The notes beneath the pieces are model-generated. The model made no database searches. It was not told the origin of the DNA and saw nothing but the letters and a program-made list of their open reading frames with translations. From assembly GCF_006345805.1 (NCBI RefSeq), contig NC_043002.1:111662001-111726000 (forward strand): a stretch of DNA of 64,000 nt. The letters run 5' to 3'. Positions 59,784-64,000 of the stretch are shown here, piece after piece; the stretch's first letter is position 1, and every line of letters starts with the position of its first letter. The DNA is from Octopus sinensis (lineage: Eukaryota). The translations under genes were made by a program, and so were the position numbers.

Positions 59784-60522
59784 ATTCGCTATATATATAT
59801 ATATATATATATATGTATAATCTCCTTAAAATATAAGTAAAAATAAGCCAACGTAAAAATGCAAGGATGTAGACGTCATAATACTTCAGTTAAGAGCTTC
59901 AATATTTTTTTTTTTTTTTTTTACTTCTACAAAAAGAATTTCATTCTTTGATGGCTTGCCATATGTCTTTCAATCCATCTTTTTTGTTTGATTGTTAAAT
60001 CGGAATGGTTATAAATCTTGCTGTTATTCTGTTTGAATTATGATTCAAGTGTTCCTGTCAGTTTTTATATTATAGTTTTTTGTTTTTTTTAAATTCTTCT
60101 ACGTTTATGTAGTCAAACATTTATGTGTTAGTGTGTTTTCGTTTGAAATGTTTAAATCTAATGATTTATTGAAAATTTCGATGATTTAATAATTACATTT
60201 ATAACACGTATGTATATGATACGTATAAAACAAAACCGAAGCAAGAAGCACAAATATGAGTGAAGAAAAAAAAGAGGGGAAAAGAAACTAGCATTAATTG
60301 CATGTATGTACGTATACTCTTTTACTTGTTTCAGTCATTTGACTGCGGCCATGCTGGAGCACCGCCTTTAATCAAGCAACTCGACCCCGGGTCTTATTCT
60401 TTTGTAAGCCCAGTATTTATTCTATCGGTCTCTTTTGCCGAACCGCTAAGTAACGGAGACATAAACACACCAGCATCAGTTGTCAAGCAATGCTAGGGGG
60501 ACAAACACAAACACACACACGC

Positions 60523-60553
<31 letters not shown>

Positions 60554-61652
60554 TGCGACGGGCTTCTTTCAGTTTCCGTCTACCAAATCCACTCACACGG
60601 CTTTGGTCGGCCCGGGGCTGTAGCAGAAGACACTTGCCCAAGATGTCACGCAGTGGGACTGAACCCGGAACCATGTGGTTGGTAAATAAGCTACTTACCA
60701 CACAGCCACTCCTGCGCCTATGTATACACACCTGTATAAATATATCGCTTAATTGCTATTGGTATGATTACGTGTATATATTTAATTATGTCAACTAAAG
60801 CGACTAACTTTCATTTGTTGAATAATATATTTATAAACGAAGGGACGTCACTCTAAGTTGATTAAGTATTTTTTTCCTCCTGAGACAATAAATATAGGTG
60901 GGAATATTCAACAGAAGCAGAAATTACACGTGAAAGCTAATGTAGAAAAATAAATTTTATATTCACGAGCAATTTTTACGTGTCCTTTTTTATATCTACG
61001 TTGTTTCCCTGTATGTACACAACAATTTATGAATAGGCGCAGGATTGGCTGTGTGGTAAGTAGCTTATTTACCAACCGCATGGTTCCGGGTTCAGTTCCA
61101 CTGCGTGGCATCTTGGGCAAGTGTCTTCTACTATAGCCTTGGGCCGACCAAAGCCTTGTGGGTGGATTTGGTAGACGGAAACTGAAAGAAGCCCGTCGTA
61201 TATATGTATATATATATGCGTGTTTGTGTGTCTGTGTTTGTCCCCCTAGCATTGCTTGACAACCGATGCTGGTGTGTTTATGTCCCCGTTACTTAGCGGT
61301 TCGGCAAAAGAGACTGATAGAATAAGTACTGGGCTTACAAAAGAATAAGTCTCGGGGTCGAGTTGCTCGATTAAAGGCGGTGCTCTAGCATGGCCGCAGT
61401 CAAATGACTGAAACAAGTAAAAGAGTGTAATGTCCTCCTAATTCCAATGTATAATTTATTTTGCTTGCTGGATTCGGAGGAAAAGGGTTGGGTCTTTGAT
61501 GGCGATCCGATTGCAATCAGATCGATGCCGTTAATGCTGCGTTTAAATTGCAACAAGTCGACATCTGCAGGAAAGATAGAGCTGGGCGAACATTCCAGGG
61601 GTGGCGAGGGGCATGTCCTTGAGAGAAAGGACTTAGTTTGGTGGTTTACGAT

Positions 61653-61864
61653 AAGGCGGCGAGCTGGCAGAAACGTTAGCACGCCGGGCGAAATGCGTAC
61701 GTTCTGAGTTCAAATTCCGCCGAGGTCGACTTTGCCTTTCATCCTTTCGGGGTCGATAAATTAAGTACCAGTTACGCACTGGGGTCGATATAATCGACTT
61801 AATCCGTTTGTCTGTCCTTGTTTGTCCCCTCTGTGTTTAGCCCCTTGTGGGTAGTAAAGAAATA
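61653..61864 (+). mobile_element. tRNA-derived SINE family C (Nin-domain-like core)
   Basis: GGCGGCGAGCTGGCAGAA head, GAGTTCAAATTC B box, GCCTTTCATCCTTTCGGGGTCGATAAATTAAGTACC core. Copies at about 33662-33860 (+), 43814-44042 (+), 59239-59456 (-). Confidence 0.8.
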
Positions 61865-62101
61865 GGTTTACGATAAGGAAGTCTCTTCTGGTCTGGAAGC
61901 GTAATCATTGTTCCTTTTACATTTTACTTGTTCTAGTCATTTGGCTGCGGCCACGCTGGAGTACCGACTTGATGGGTTTTTAATCGAATAAATCGACCCT
62001 AAGACTTCTTTTTTAAAGCTTAATATTCTATCAGTTCTTTTGTCGAACTGCTATCTTACAGTGACATAAACACACCAACACCGGTTGTTAATCGGTGGTA
62101 G

Positions 62102-62133
<32 letters not shown>

Positions 62134-62139
62134 ACACAC

Positions 62140-62183
<44 letters not shown>

Positions 62184-62933
62184 ACACACACAACACACAT
62201 GACAGGCTTTCAATTTCCGTCTACCAAATTCACCCACAAGGCTTTGGACGGCCCGAGGCTATAGTAGAATACAGTTGCCCAAGGTCACACGCAGTGGGAC
62301 TGAACTCGGAATCAATCCTATAGAAATAATATAAATTGAAACATATCCGGCTAGCATCTTCAAAGGAAAATAGAATATAGTAAATGAAAATAAAACCGAA
62401 TTTAAATAAATGTAAAAATGGGTTATAAGATGAAAAGGAAGAATATGTGATCGAGAACGTGAAATTCGAATGACTTAATTTGAGGTACCGGATGCAATAA
62501 CCATTAATAACTGTCGGCCTGTGGCATTGAGGACTGTTTTGAACTTGTCGCTTGTTCCCACGTACACTATAGAGACCTACATACACTTATGTATATATAT
62601 ATACATATATATATATGTGTGTGTGTGTGTGTGCAATATTGATATTTCGTGTGCATTCTTGTAAGTACCTTCGCCTGTGAAGGTAGAAAGAAATTGATTT
62701 TGTGTGACAATTTAATAAATTTTCAAGATCAATAGCCTTTCCACAGTGCAAAGATTACTAAAACATTTGATTTATCACTTAATAACAAAACTTATATTAT
62801 TATTTACAATGACATGTTTTGTGTCCATTGTTTTTCAGAATATTGTAGATGATTATGAAGTCGGCCCTGAAATTGGTTTGTGATCACACTCATATAATCA
62901 GTATCATTTCGGTTAATATTTCTTGGCAGTAAC

Positions 62934-62934
<1 letters not shown>

Positions 62935-62970
<36 letters not shown>

Positions 62971-62996
62971 CATACACACACCACACACACACACAC

Positions 62997-63035
<39 letters not shown>
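62935..63035. repeat. (CA)n microsatellite
   Basis: Direct inspection. Confidence 0.95.
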
Positions 63036-63037
<2 letters not shown>

Positions 63038-63152
63038 AGTTGAGTAGTATAATTTTTGTTGTGGTCGGTCAGAAAGTTATTGGTCTCATTTCGACTGTTG
63101 CACTAGGCAATATAGGTTGCACATAACCTCTTTACTTATAGACAGCTGGCTG

Positions 63153-63190
<38 letters not shown>

Positions 63191-63338
63191 CTGTGTGGTA
63201 AGTAGCTTGTTTACCAACCACATGGTTCCGGGTTCAGTCCCACTGCATGGCACCTTGGGCAAGTGTCTCCTACTATGCCGCGGGCCAACCAAAGCCTTGT
63301 GAGTGGATTTGGTAGACGGAAACTGAAAGAAGCCCGTC

Positions 63339-63381
<43 letters not shown>

Positions 63382-64000
63382 TGTGTGTGTTTGTGTGTCT
63401 GTGTTTGTCCCCCTAGCATTGCTTGACAACCGATGCTGTTGGTTATGTCTCCGTTACTAGCGGTTCGGCAAAAAAGACCGATAGAATAAGTACTGGGCTT
63501 ACAAAAGAATAATTTCCGGGGTCGAGCTGCTCGATTAAAGGCGGTGCTCCAGCATGGCCGCAGTCCAATGACTGAAACAAGTAAAAGAATAAAGAATATA
63601 TATATATATGTGTGTGTGTGTATACAAGTATACACACGCACATATATATGTATACAAATGCACTACACACGCACACACACATAGTAAAATAAGGATTCAG
63701 ATAGGTATTTGAAAAGATATGCACCACGGAGGGTTGGATAAACCTGTGGTTCCAGCCTACGGTTGGTAAATATCAAATAGGATATACCAGGTATGTACAC
63801 AGAGAAAACCAACCCTATTTGTATTTAGCACCTAAGGGCTGGTCCAAACCAGCATTAATTAGTTGGTATGTTGTTGGTATACTCTAGGGTGTGCGACGAG
63901 TCGTAAATCCTCTTGTATTATAATCAAACAATGAATAAGTGTCTGCTCATTACTGCTGTTTCTTATTAGCGGTTGGGAGGCAGTTGCCGGCAACCATGGA

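Overview
AT-rich, repeat-dense eukaryotic genomic DNA, most likely an octopus (inferred from the tRNA-derived SINE and RTE families, not from a search). Two protein-coding genes lie head-to-head about 2.1 kb apart: an intronless OGFOD2 (6963-7997, minus) and a 16-exon PKMYT1/Myt1 kinase (10101-52024, plus, about 543 aa) assembled by hand. PKMYT1 has a minor-spliceosome (U12) intron 2 with a perfect ATATCCTTT donor, a GC-AG last intron that splits the C-terminal RNL motif region, and Ile at the kinase gatekeeper where human has Thr. The rest is SINEs, RTE/CR1 LINE relics, Helitrons, MITEs, a solo LTR and microsatellites. The most unusual layer is about six unrelated short Penelope-like inserts carrying minimal type I hammerhead ribozyme motifs. 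One family has a tRNA (Pol III) head, and one fold-back copy duplicated an exon acceptor and buries the upstream AG in a hairpin. Nearly all short ORFs in the supplied track are repeat or microsatellite noise.
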